A stretch of DNA of 64,000 nucleotides from an uncultured candidate division Zixibacteria bacterium. GTDB lineage: Bacteria > Zixibacteria > MSB-5A5 > UBA10806 > 4484-95. A program made the translations under genes and the position numbers. Shown one piece after another: positions 53,701-63,153 of the stretch; within the stretch, counting starts at the first letter, position 1; the number at the start of each line of letters is the position of its first letter. Where the stretch lies: positions 736,001 through 800,000 of the forward strand of contig CAXXKA010000008.1 in NCBI GenBank assembly GCA_963668625.2, read 5' to 3'. Under the pieces are notes generated by a model that did no database searches, was not told where the DNA came from, and worked only from the letters and a program-made list of their open reading frames with translations.

Positions 53701-54019
53701 TTGCCTCCCGAATGGTAAAACCTCTCAGTATCGATAATGTATCCTCTCCCGAACTAAAAGTAACGATTGGAGTGTTGTCAGAATATTTTTCGATGATAGT
53801 CGAATCAGTACTGAACTCGCGTTCGACCAGTATGGATTTTCCCAGAAAATTTATGTGTTCCTGATATATGCCCTCGGAAACGTAAATAGTATCTCCCGAT
53901 ACAGCCGCAGCTATGCCGCTTTGAATAGTAGGCTGATCCGCCGGTACGTTAATAATGGTTGCGTATGATGGCGCTATCAAAAGAGAAACCACGATTAGAA
54001 TATAAAATATTTTTCTCAT
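50744..54019 (-). CDS. Large secreted protein: beta-helix + FN3/Ig-like repeats + C-terminal dockerin-like pair
   Basis: INVPADQPTIQ.GI, SPCIDGGNP; three ~110-aa repeats; GDAN.D....D..LVNYFRG twice. Confidence 0.88.
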   Translation of the reverse strand: MRKIFYILIVVSLLIAPSYATIINVPADQPTIQSGIAAAVSGDTIYVSEGIYQEHINFLGKSILVEREFSTDSTIIEKYSDNTPIVTFSSGEDTLSILRGFTIREATESGILITNSSPIIEQCIIEYNSKGGIMVNQESSKPIIRDNIIRFNTRTDGYGGGILLYYADAEINSNIIQGNTSNGGPGIEVFRSSANISRNVIHNNVSTNSEATILILEATSTSFTNNTVVKNTVPSQGVGGISIGGSTNTEILNNIIAFNTSYGIYAFSSTDLDFRYCCVFGNQNGEYYNIGPGIGCFELDPMFIDTTVDYFHLLPSSPCIDGGNPSTPLDPDGSRADIGAYYYDGQSWFYSFSLIQPADKAVKIDAIPVFTWHGTVTIDSGYTANYNIIMDDNPQFESPDTSELIYDTLYIYPDSLIRSDRYYWKVLASNDYSQPRLSNQSWEFYLDGYPTMPTIISPINGSTINDDSYLSWLAATDPDDFDTVFYLIQIDDNSDFSSPEIVQARISDHSLLVDEAFAIRLGDLIDIDNLDWNTTYYWRIKSQDAFGLHSTFTADECYFFYGDAQTGPNNAPYPPLGGYSPSDDSEVTTETPRITWDHALDADTEDDSTTLRYTIQLDFDGEFDEDYAFEYDTPEGINFVTVSHLLTEDNRWYYRIRTTDNGGLSSPWSLVQTFWVNHDNQSPFAPPGEMYPSGGQLVNSSWPEIHWNHASDPDPSDDPSVLSYLIQIDSDGEFDDDPAFQYTTPAGINNHMVTDSLTDDIWYYRISTLDDFAAQSSWTEIQTFEVNTSNLPPDAPVSGFSPADYEEVISLTPTITWNSATDPDPDDHADNLHYIFHLFSDTSTGCDFEYWFTTNDGINQVTVADSMPDNCLWIYLVKSVDDGGLESEWSEMQHFWTNHYNYPPEPFALNIPEPDIKWVDYYTHFSWGKSLDDDPLAEIEYTLQVSPDSLFSLFVLTREGLTDTFRTMITDTLALAGGNLYWRVFAEDDDSLIRFGGLPRPEVRKLNIFPAGDANTDGLVVGSDVTFLVNYFRGVGAPPDPVYAGDANADCALHGADVSYLVNYFRGLNPTPNRENCQIIEFSGKAGGNGK

Positions 54020-54485
54020 TTTCCTCTCCTTATTCCGGACCGTTTGAAGTGTTTAGCTGCTCGCGCAGGGAGGTAGATCAGTACTCACACCCATTATAAA
54101 ATAAAGCAGGAAATCAGATTATGTCAACATATAACTTGATTTCTATTTCAGGTATTTTTAACATTAGAAAATCCTTTCCGGATAATTATATCGGGTATTC
54201 ATGTGACAGAAATGAGAATCAGGCTGTTGTTATAATAATCGCTTTATCCCTATCATTATAAAGCGTGAAGTTTCGCGGCTTTATAGATACAGGCTTGCAA
54301 ACAAGTATCACCACGAAATTCGTTCCAATTATCAGTTTATTAATGCCATGATGTGTTTAAATTGTATTATAGTATAATTTAAAAAGTCCCAGATATCTCA
54401 ATAATATTACCAACTTTACTTATTGATACCATTTTCCTTAAAATTCCGCTTGAACTTTCCCGATGTTTTCCGATAGAATAGACAT

Positions 54486-55727
54486 ATGAGATATCTTACT
54501 GTAATACTTTCGTTTATGGCGCTACTGCTGACCGCCTGCAAAACCAGCGGTCCAACCGATCCTGAAGATACTGCTCCGATATATATTACGCAACCGGCTA
54601 ATGGAGCCTCGGTTAGCGATACGGTTACGGTGCGGGCAGGAACTGGCAGTGATTACGATATCGAAAGTGTCGTTTTTTATATTGATGATGACTCTGTATA
54701 TACCGATAACGTCTCGCCATATCTTTACCAGTGGGATGTCACGGGCTACCAGGCTAACTCCGAGCATGATATCGTCTTGTATGGCTATACCTCAGACAGC
54801 GTCTATATCTCTCAGACTGTTACCGTAACCGTAACTCTACCCTCAACCAACGAGTTCAGCCATGTATACAGTTACTCTCTCACGGGTCCTGCCTACCGGG
54901 TGGATGCCCAGGATGATTTCGTATACGCAGCTTTAGGCGCCAATGGCCTTAAGGTTATCGATGTCAACGTGCCTACCAGCCCCGGTGAGGTTTATGAATT
55001 CCAGCAGGGAACGAATATTTACGGTCTGGATGCCTCGGGAGCTTATCTGGTAACTGCCGAGCGCGATAACGGAGTCCGTTCTTTCGATATCTCCGCCAGT
55101 GATACCGTTATTGCCAAGTATATTTACAGCACACCGGGTAGTTCATGGAACGTGAAAATATCAGGCAACCTTGCTTATATAGCAGATAACGATCGTCTGA
55201 CAATTGTCTCTATGGCCAATTACGGATTTACATTTGTCGGGCAGGTTGTGATCTCGACCGGTATCGTTAAGGATGTTGATGTATCCGGTTCAACGGTATA
55301 CGTTCTCGATCAGAATGGTGTTTCGCGTTACAATGTCTCCAATCCGGCTAATCCTATCTATCAGGGCAGATACCAGGCGTTTACCGGCCAATGCCAGTGT
55401 ATTTTCGCTTATGGCAACTACGTGTTTGTCGGTACCACCGGCGAGCTTCGGATGCTTTCAAACACACTGGTTTCCCTGGCCTATTCCGCCAATCAGCAGG
55501 GATACACTGGCGTGTGTGCCATTGATGATGTGGTTTTCGTCTCGCAGGGAGGCTCCTCCGGCGGCGCCAGAGCGTTTGAATATTCGAACAGCAGTACGCT
55601 GGTGCAACTCGATTCTTACATGATTAACGAGATTTGCAATGATATCGCATACTTAGATAGTTATGTGATTTTAGCAGGCACGAATCAACTCGAGATACTA
55701 CGTTTTAATTATTCCCCAACTTATTGA
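54486..55727 (+). CDS. Lipoprotein with Ig-like domain and LVIVD repeats
   Basis: Lipobox LTAC; ITQPANG, PYLYQWD; GLKVIDV..P..P. Confidence 0.85.
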   Translation: MRYLTVILSFMALLLTACKTSGPTDPEDTAPIYITQPANGASVSDTVTVRAGTGSDYDIESVVFYIDDDSVYTDNVSPYLYQWDVTGYQANSEHDIVLYGYTSDSVYISQTVTVTVTLPSTNEFSHVYSYSLTGPAYRVDAQDDFVYAALGANGLKVIDVNVPTSPGEVYEFQQGTNIYGLDASGAYLVTAERDNGVRSFDISASDTVIAKYIYSTPGSSWNVKISGNLAYIADNDRLTIVSMANYGFTFVGQVVISTGIVKDVDVSGSTVYVLDQNGVSRYNVSNPANPIYQGRYQAFTGQCQCIFAYGNYVFVGTTGELRMLSNTLVSLAYSANQQGYTGVCAIDDVVFVSQGGSSGGARAFEYSNSSTLVQLDSYMINEICNDIAYLDSYVILAGTNQLEILRFNYSPTY

Positions 55728-55906
55728 TTCATAAGTAGTTGTAATCGCCATTCCAAAGCTATAATTAGCCTTATTATTTCCTAAAAAGCGCTTGCCCCGG
55801 CTCGAATCAACCGATATATTCCAAATCTTGAAGAGCCGGTCAGAGGGAAGGATAAAAAAATCCCGGTTGCCAGGCTTGCCTGATAGGAATAATTACGGAG
55901 GTTTTG

Positions 55907-56626
55907 ATGTTACTCACCGAGGAAAAAATAAAAGCTTTGAGAGAAAGATGGGAAGGCGAGACAGAACGCCTTAACAAAATCGCCGATTCGATAGTGAAAG
56001 GCGAGGACTGGACGGAACACCTGGAGGGTTTGCCTTATATCGAAGAGGTCGAGAAAATCCATGGTGATGCTTTCCCGCGAGATTTACGTGGCTCCAATCT
56101 CAGACGGTACCTGCAGCCGACTACCATAATCGAGCCTGCTACTCCTGAAGATGCTCCTAATATCTCTTACATTATCAAAGAGGCTATGCTTAACGATACT
56201 CCTCTGCGTGGCGTATCACCGTTTCCGGTTCCGCATATCAATGCCGAGGATATAGGACTGGCTATGGAACGCGGTAGTCGTTTCTTCATGGCTATTCAGC
56301 TCGGTAAAGTTATAGGTACTCTGCAACTCGATAGCCACATGGACTACAGGCATTGCACCAATGATGAACCGTACTACGAGATATCCAATCTATCCACCCT
56401 GCCTGCCTACCGTCACCAGGGCATAGGTGGCGCTATTATCAGGGCTACCGAGGCCGTCTGCCGTCAGGAAGCGCAGCACGATTGGATTTTGATGCGTATT
56501 AACGCCGAATTGGGTTTCGAATCTTATTACGAGCGTACCGGCTACAAGCGTTTCGAGGTTTACCAGCGTCGCCACCCCATAGGCTCTCCTGCCCATCTCG
56601 AATGCGTTCTGGTCAAGAAATTATAA
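55907..56626 (+). CDS. GNAT-family acetyltransferase with N-terminal extension
   Basis: LSTLPAYRHQGIG motif A; YYERTGY. Confidence 0.85.
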   Translation: MLLTEEKIKALRERWEGETERLNKIADSIVKGEDWTEHLEGLPYIEEVEKIHGDAFPRDLRGSNLRRYLQPTTIIEPATPEDAPNISYIIKEAMLNDTPLRGVSPFPVPHINAEDIGLAMERGSRFFMAIQLGKVIGTLQLDSHMDYRHCTNDEPYYEISNLSTLPAYRHQGIGGAIIRATEAVCRQEAQHDWILMRINAELGFESYYERTGYKRFEVYQRRHPIGSPAHLECVLVKKL

Positions 56627-56648
56627 ATTTTTATCGGATAAAAATCAC

Positions 56649-56679
56649 AAGGAGCATTCACTTGGATGCTCCTTTTTTT
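56649..56679 (+). terminator. Intrinsic terminator
   Basis: AAGGAGCATTC-loop-GGATGCTCCTT followed by T-tract. Confidence 0.8.
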
Positions 56680-56779
56680 GTTAGGCTAAAAGCCACCTGC
56701 CCTGTGGCCGATGGTAGTTTACAATAGATGATAATATTTCACTGAGCAGGAAGGAATTTCTTCCTGCTTACTTTTTGCA

Positions 56780-56860
56780 TGCAGTATTTTCATCAGGAAA
56801 GAATGAATAAAGGACTTCGTCCGCCTGATGACTCGTGGGGTGGACTTTTACAACAGCCTC
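56780..56860 (-). repeat. Partial MITE-like end similar to 63154-63240
   Basis: Reverse complement GAGGCTGTTGTAAAAG...CGGACGAAGTCCTTT.TTCAT. Confidence 0.6.
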
Positions 56861-57001
56861 GAAGTTTTAGAACAAGTAGTAGCCGACCTAAATCGGTAAA
56901 ATAATGACCAGCTGTCCTCTTGAAATATACTTGCTCTGGATTTCTAAAAATTGAATAAAATTATTGCAAGCGATGATAATTGCAATTATAATAATTACAC
57001 C

Positions 57002-57898
57002 ATGTTGAAAGGTTTGCATTTTTTACTCACTTACCAGTGCCCATTCGAGTGCGATCATTGTTTTTTGTATTGCGGGCCGAATCTCGAGGGTACCTTCACT
57101 ATCGATCAGGTGGAGAAAGCCCTGGTGCAAGGGCTAGAGGCCGGCATAGATAATATCTATGTGGAGGGCGGCGAACCGTTTTTATATTATCCACTGATGG
57201 TCGAGACATTGAGGCTGGCTAAGAAATTAAACTTAAAGCGTGGCATAGTCACGAACTGTTACTGGGCCACCTCGGAGCGTGATGCCGAGATCTGGCTGGC
57301 CCCGATAGTCGAAATAGGCGTGGATGATTTTTCGGTCTCGGATGATGAGTTCCACGGAAGTGACTACGAGGACAGCCCGGCCAGGATAGCTGTCAAAGCG
57401 GCGAAGAAACTAGGAATGCCATCGAGCTCAATATGTATCGAGAAACCATTGGTAAAAAGTGATGACAGCCAGTCTAAAGGCGAACCGGTAGTCGGTGGCA
57501 ATGTTATTTTCAAAGGTCGTGCGGTCGAAAAGTTAATAGGCGATCTACCTCGCAAAAAATTCGATTGTTTCACCGAATGCACCGGCGAGGAGTTGGAAAA
57601 ACCCGGTCGAATTCATCTCGATCCGTTCGGTAATGTTTTCGTCTGCCAGGGATTGTCGATCGGTAATATCTGGGAAAAACCGCTTGTCGATATAATGTCA
57701 GGCTACGAACCTATGAAACACCCCATTATCGGCCCGTTGATAAAGGGAGGCCCCGCCGAACTGGCTCGTGAATATGGCTTACCCGAGGGCGAACGGTATG
57801 TCAGCGATTGCCATCTCTGCTACCTGATCCGGAAGAAACTGACCGATAAATTCCCCGAGTATCTCACCCCGAAACAGGTCTACGGAATAAAAGAGTAG
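57002..57898 (+). CDS. Radical SAM protein with C-terminal SPASM/twitch-like cysteines
   Basis: CPFECDHC, EGGEPF, GRA, DPFGNVFVC, CHLC. Confidence 0.92.
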   Translation: MLKGLHFLLTYQCPFECDHCFLYCGPNLEGTFTIDQVEKALVQGLEAGIDNIYVEGGEPFLYYPLMVETLRLAKKLNLKRGIVTNCYWATSERDAEIWLAPIVEIGVDDFSVSDDEFHGSDYEDSPARIAVKAAKKLGMPSSSICIEKPLVKSDDSQSKGEPVVGGNVIFKGRAVEKLIGDLPRKKFDCFTECTGEELEKPGRIHLDPFGNVFVCQGLSIGNIWEKPLVDIMSGYEPMKHPIIGPLIKGGPAELAREYGLPEGERYVSDCHLCYLIRKKLTDKFPEYLTPKQVYGIKE

Positions 57899-57983
57899 TT
57901 TCAGTCAGAATGTTTGTTGCTTTCCAATAATAATTCCATATAATTCCTTATCTTGATAACTAAACATTACTATGGAGAATATC

Positions 57984-59204
57984 ATGCTCGATAGAATCAA
58001 ACAGCTTAGCGATAAATATTCGAAGCAGATGATCAACCTCAGACGTCATTTGCACCAGATACCGGAGACCGCGCTTCTGGAGTTCGAAACGAAGAAATCG
58101 ATGGCCGAGCAGTTGAAAAAGCTGGGATTGAACGTCAACACCGGTCTTTGGCGAACCTCTATCGTGGCTATGCTCGAGGGTACCCGCCCAACTCCCTGCG
58201 TGGCCTTGAGAGCCGATATGGACGCCCTGCCGGTAACGGAGAAAACCGGATTGTTTTACGCCTCAAAAAACAAGGGTTTCATGCATGCTTGCGGACACGA
58301 CTCGCATATGGCGATGGTCTGGGGAGCGGCCAAGATATTAAGCCAGTTTAAAGATAAATTGCCGGGGTCGGTCAAATTTATTTTCCAGCCCTCGGAGGAG
58401 GTTCCGCCCGGTGGGGCCGCCCCGATGATAGCCGCCGGCGCGTTGGAAAAGCCCCGGGTCGATGCTGTTTTCGGGTTACATGTCGATCCAGTTATCAAGG
58501 CGGGTAGGATTGGCCTGAAAACAGGGCCGTTGATGGCTCATGTGGATGATTTCAATATAACGATTCTGGGGAAATCGGGACATGCCGCCAGACCGCATGA
58601 AACGATTGATACAGTGATGATAGCCGCCGAGCTGATCAGCGCTCTTCACCAGATACCCTCGCGCAAAGTCAATCCGCTGGAACCGGTCGTTATCACAATC
58701 GGCAAAATCGAGGGTGGTACGGCTCGTAATATCATAGCCGATAAAGTTACTCTTCATGGCACTGTCAGGGTGCTCAATCAGAAGCTGGCGCAGAAGCTGC
58801 CGGGCATTATCAGGAAAACCACCGATGGTATCTGTAAGGCTCATGGAGCGAAAAATGTCTTGGACTATCGCGTGGGTTACCCGGTTCTGGATAATCACCC
58901 CGACATAATCGATATTTACGATCATGTGATAACGAATATGCATGGCAAGAATGCAGTACAATATAGGGAACGCCCAGGCATGGGAGCTGAGGATTTCGCC
59001 TGCTACATTCAGGATATACCCGGCGCGATGATGTTACTGGGGATACGCAACAAAAGTATAGGCGCAGACAAACCCTGGCATCACCCCGAATTCAAAATCG
59101 ATGAGTCGGTTATTCCACTTGGCGCCTCGGTGCTGGCGGGCGCAGTGATGGAGTATTTCGACAGGAATAAGCTGAAAATTAAGATAGTTGAAAATAAATA
59201 CTAG
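57984..59204 (+). CDS. M20 family amidohydrolase
   Basis: RRHLH..PE, RADMDALP, MHACGHD.H, QPSEE, EDF, HHPEF. Confidence 0.95.
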   Translation: MLDRIKQLSDKYSKQMINLRRHLHQIPETALLEFETKKSMAEQLKKLGLNVNTGLWRTSIVAMLEGTRPTPCVALRADMDALPVTEKTGLFYASKNKGFMHACGHDSHMAMVWGAAKILSQFKDKLPGSVKFIFQPSEEVPPGGAAPMIAAGALEKPRVDAVFGLHVDPVIKAGRIGLKTGPLMAHVDDFNITILGKSGHAARPHETIDTVMIAAELISALHQIPSRKVNPLEPVVITIGKIEGGTARNIIADKVTLHGTVRVLNQKLAQKLPGIIRKTTDGICKAHGAKNVLDYRVGYPVLDNHPDIIDIYDHVITNMHGKNAVQYRERPGMGAEDFACYIQDIPGAMMLLGIRNKSIGADKPWHHPEFKIDESVIPLGASVLAGAVMEYFDRNKLKIKIVENKY

Positions 59205-59273
59205 TAATATTCCGAGACGATAGGTAACCGTTTTATTGTGAAATATATTATATGAGGTTTCTTGTAGGTCGGA

Positions 59274-60272
59274 TTATTTCAGAGAAAAATAAACCATCGG
59301 CCTGATTAAAAACGAATCCCAGACAGTATCGCCATCCGAATTAATCTCCAGAGTGATATATGATATCTTTCGATTGTCACCCAGTGTGGGGATTGATTCG
59401 TGATAAAAACGTCCGTTTGAGTTGTGCTCCACTTTCTGCCAGTCGATCAATATGGGAATATCTCCTGAAATGGTTTCGCCCACCATTCTGAACCTTACCG
59501 ATCCCTCGGCAGCATCGGATGGGAATTTCGGGAAGCCGTACACGGCAACTATGGAATCGATATCGGCGTTGGCCGGCAGTCCCAGAGGTACACTGATATA
59601 GACCTCGCGTCCATTCTCGGGCGCCTCCTCCGGTCCCTGCGTGAATATCCATAGCTTATTGTCATAGATACATCTGCGGGCGGCCGTGTCGTAATATTTA
59701 GAGGATGGTCCCGGGAAATAACCCTCGTATAACCTGGCCTTACCGAACTGAGTATCGGATGTTCTGACTTTTCGCAACTCCCAGGCCAGGCCGTCTGAGG
59801 ACTCTATCTCGAATTTTGATATGAAATCCTTATCGGCCAAAAGCAATACCTTGGTACCGCCGGCATAGATAGGATCCACGAAGTCCTGCTCTTTTTTAGG
59901 TTTGGGTTTCGGAGTTGGTTTCTTTTCGACTGCCGGTGGTGGTGGCGGCGGAGCCAGCTTTATCTCGATATCTTTTTGTATTTTAATTCCGGCCTCGATA
60001 AAACCGATATTGACCAGGGTTGAGTCATCCCCCAGCTTTGCCAGAAGCGAATACTGGCCTGATTCTATGCCCTCGATTTTATAATTACCCAGAGTATCGG
60101 ATAATGTGCTATATCTTTGCGGAACCGAGAATACTGCTGCTCCAGCCAGTGGATTACCGTCCTCATCAATGATTTTGCCCTCGATACTGGATGGTTTCTG
60201 GGCACAGGAAAGCATTAAAGATATTCCAGCTATTACAAAAAAGTATATTTTCCAATTAGTTTTATTCATCAT
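59274..60272 (-). CDS. Lipoprotein with carboxypeptidase-regulatory-like domain and Pro/Lys linker
   Basis: MLSC lipobox; IEGKIIDEDGNPL; PPPPPP..KKPTPKPK. Confidence 0.8.
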   Translation of the reverse strand: MMNKTNWKIYFFVIAGISLMLSCAQKPSSIEGKIIDEDGNPLAGAAVFSVPQRYSTLSDTLGNYKIEGIESGQYSLLAKLGDDSTLVNIGFIEAGIKIQKDIEIKLAPPPPPPAVEKKPTPKPKPKKEQDFVDPIYAGGTKVLLLADKDFISKFEIESSDGLAWELRKVRTSDTQFGKARLYEGYFPGPSSKYYDTAARRCIYDNKLWIFTQGPEEAPENGREVYISVPLGLPANADIDSIVAVYGFPKFPSDAAEGSVRFRMVGETISGDIPILIDWQKVEHNSNGRFYHESIPTLGDNRKISYITLEINSDGDTVWDSFLIRPMVYFSLK

Positions 60273-60552
60273 AACTTCTCCAACCGCACCTCTTTTTGAT
60301 ATTACAGCAAAATGCCAAACCATTAAGCGGTATGATTATACTATTGCGAACATCCGATGTAAAGTCAAAAATGAGATACAATGATATACAAGTATAATAT
60401 CCGAATTAACTTATTACCTTTAATTCACTCATCTGTACCCCGAATACTAAACGCAGCAAGTAATTAGTATGTGGAAGATAAAACCTTTTAATAGCATAAT
60501 ATTATTTGCCTTACCGGGAACCAGTACGCGATCAAACATGTTTTTATATTAA

Positions 60553-60571
60553 GATAATGAGAATGATTATC
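60553..60571. promoter_or_regulatory. Fur box
   Basis: GATAATGAGAATGATTATC, 17/19 match to the E. coli consensus GATAATGATAATCATTATC. Confidence 0.7.
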
Positions 60572-60613
60572 GAAACCATATCAAATTTACCTAAATATCT
60601 CATGGAGGACCAA

Positions 60614-61450
60614 ATGAAAAAGATGGTAATGATTTTCACCTTTATACTTATGGCATCACTAGCGCATGCATATTCCGGCGGCCCGCCCGATCAGAAAACT
60701 AGCGCACCCGGTGAGGGAAGCTGCACTGATTGTCATTCATCATTCCCGATTAACAGTGGGGACGGTTCGTTTGCTATCGATGCCCCGGCCGGCTATACTC
60801 CCGGTGATACTTACACCATTACGGTTACCCTGTCGGATAACGGCCAGTCACGCTGGGGATTCGAGCTTACTCCGCTCGATCAGGGTACTGTCACGATAAC
60901 CGATGCTGCTAACACTCAGCAGTCCAGTGCCGGGGGTAATACTTATGTAAAGCAGACCTCAACCGGTACTTATAACGGTTCCAGCGATGGTCCTGTCACC
61001 TGGCAGTTCGATTGGACCGCGCCAACTACCGATCCTCCGGAATCGATTACGCTTTACGCCAACGGTAATGCAACCGACGCCAGTTTCGGTACCTCCGGTG
61101 ATTATGTTTATTCCACCTCCGTGACCCTTGGCAGGCTTACCGCTATCGATGATTTCGGCGATGGCGCATTGCCGAGCTTGCTGTCTATGGAGAGCTATCC
61201 GAATCCTTTTAACGCAGTTACCACTATTAACTATAATTTGCCATCCGATGGGAAGGTGAATGTCAGTATATATGATATTCGCGGACGCCTGATAACCGAG
61301 CTCGAAGACAGCTACAAGAGCGCCGGAGCTTACAGTGTCACCTGGGCAGGCAGAGATAGGAACGGCGGTAATGTTGTCAGCGGTATCTATTTCGTTAGGC
61401 TGGCGGTCGATGCCAATTCGACTACGAATAAGCTGGTGCTGCTCAAATAG
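60614..61450 (+). CDS. Secreted Reeler-like (choice-of-anchor V) protein with CxxCH and T9SS-like CTD
   Basis: GGAGG RBS; YSGGPP...APGEGSCTDCH, WGFEL, WQFDWTAP; YPNPFN. Confidence 0.82.
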   Translation: MKKMVMIFTFILMASLAHAYSGGPPDQKTSAPGEGSCTDCHSSFPINSGDGSFAIDAPAGYTPGDTYTITVTLSDNGQSRWGFELTPLDQGTVTITDAANTQQSSAGGNTYVKQTSTGTYNGSSDGPVTWQFDWTAPTTDPPESITLYANGNATDASFGTSGDYVYSTSVTLGRLTAIDDFGDGALPSLLSMESYPNPFNAVTTINYNLPSDGKVNVSIYDIRGRLITELEDSYKSAGAYSVTWAGRDRNGGNVVSGIYFVRLAVDANSTTNKLVLLK

Positions 61451-61668
61451 TAGCGCCGAAATAATGTTACTGAGGGAGATTGTTACCATGTGAGATATTC
61501 GTCTTTTGAATTGTCAACAGGCGTGATACGAAAAATCGAACAAACGATAATTACTTTCGCCGATATGGCCGGATTGTTACTTGATGATCGTCATATCGGC
61601 GTTTTTTATTCGTATGATTTACGATTTTTCCTTTGACTTTCGTTAACATTCTTTTAATAATCCTTTTC

Positions 61669-61965
61669 ATGCCGATAACTATCAACGATGTTGAGAGAAT
61701 AGCATCTTTAGCTAAGCTGAAATTGAATGAGAATGACAAAAAACGTCTGCTTATTGACCTTAATGATGTATTGGGTTACATGGAGATAATAACCGAGGTC
61801 GATACCAGGGGAGTAGATGCGTTTTCTTATTCGGACGATAGCGGCACAGCTTTAAGGGATGATACATTAACTCCGGGGGTTAAAAGCGAGAGCGCACTGA
61901 AAAACGCCCCGGCATCAAAGGATAGTTTAATTAGCGTACCCAGAGTAATTAATCCTCGCAAATAA
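61669..61965 (+). CDS. gatC: Asp/Glu-tRNA amidotransferase subunit C
   Basis: VERIASLAKL, EVDT.GV, LRDD, LKNAP, VPRVI. Confidence 0.92.
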   Translation: MPITINDVERIASLAKLKLNENDKKRLLIDLNDVLGYMEIITEVDTRGVDAFSYSDDSGTALRDDTLTPGVKSESALKNAPASKDSLISVPRVINPRK

Positions 61966-62116
61966 TCTGTTTTTGAATCATTGCTTTAATCTGCCCGCCT
62001 GAAGGGCGACCTCGGCCGGTCAGCAAATTGATGATGGACTAATGTGAAATTAGTTGTGCTTTTATGCGTAAATTAAACCTAACTTTTAACGTTTAAACAG
62101 TTTTCAAGGAGGACAA

Positions 62117-62959
62117 ATGAAAAAACTGTTAATGATTTTACTTTTTGCCTCGCTCAGCATGATGTTCGTTATTACCGGCTGCAGCGATGATGATGGTGTA
62201 GCCAGCCTGTCTGATGAAGATATCGAAGCTATCGAGGGCCAGGCTACGATGGTGGTTTATGACATGCAGGAGAGTATTATCTCCGGCTTGACTTACGCTG
62301 ATCCCACGTCATTAGCTAAACCAGCTGATATGTCTGATTCAACATTTGAAGAGTATGATGCCGCGACCGGTTGGTTGTATCATTTCTATTCGCATAGTAC
62401 ATTCCTGGGCGATATTGATGGCGCTTATATGTCTATAAGTGGCGAGGAAAGCGATAGTGTTCGTATTGTCAGTAATGTTGGTCAGTATATGGAAACTCCT
62501 GATGAGACAACCGACACGCTTCAATTAAGGGGATATTACGAATTTGTTATAGGAATGTCGGATGATACGACGACCATTAACATGGAGATGATCTCTGGTG
62601 TCAATGGCGATTACAGCGGTTTGTCGGGCGCAATCATTACCGTAGATGGCGATTATGATAACTCCACGACCATGGAAGATGGCGAATCGACTTTGATATT
62701 CGATACCGAGGGTGACTACGACCAGGTTCAGATTACAAGCTCATCTGATTATGCAGGGGTGTACCCTCATGCCGGCTCCATGTCATCGAGCATGCATATC
62801 GAGGATTCCGTCTCAGATGACGTTATCGATGTCAATATGATTTTCACATTCAGCGCCACCGGTTACCATGGCGAAATGACTATCAACGGCGAAACCTTTA
62901 CCTGGGATGCTACCTGGGATGAGGTGGAAGCTATGGGTGTTATGTACGGCGGTATGTAA
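62117..62959 (+). CDS. Acidic hypothetical lipoprotein
   Basis: AGGAGG RBS; ITGCSDDD lipobox. Confidence 0.85.
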   Translation: MKKLLMILLFASLSMMFVITGCSDDDGVASLSDEDIEAIEGQATMVVYDMQESIISGLTYADPTSLAKPADMSDSTFEEYDAATGWLYHFYSHSTFLGDIDGAYMSISGEESDSVRIVSNVGQYMETPDETTDTLQLRGYYEFVIGMSDDTTTINMEMISGVNGDYSGLSGAIITVDGDYDNSTTMEDGESTLIFDTEGDYDQVQITSSSDYAGVYPHAGSMSSSMHIEDSVSDDVIDVNMIFTFSATGYHGEMTINGETFTWDATWDEVEAMGVMYGGM

Positions 62960-62990
62960 ACCGTTGTAACAATCATGTGATACAACTTTT

Positions 62991-63018
62991 AAAGCTCGGC
63001 AATCGCCGGGCTTTTTTA
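62991..63018 (+). terminator. Intrinsic terminator
   Basis: AAAGCTCGGC-AATC-GCCGGGCTTT-TTT. Confidence 0.75.
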
Positions 63019-63153
63019 TTGATGCTAAAAAACACCGGTTTATCCGGTGTGTATGTTTAAAGCGAAGCATTCTCAAAAAGGAGGCAGGTTATCAGTAGCA
63101 ACGACTAATGCTCCTAATAGCAGTACTATCGTATATCTTTCATTGCTACGTAG

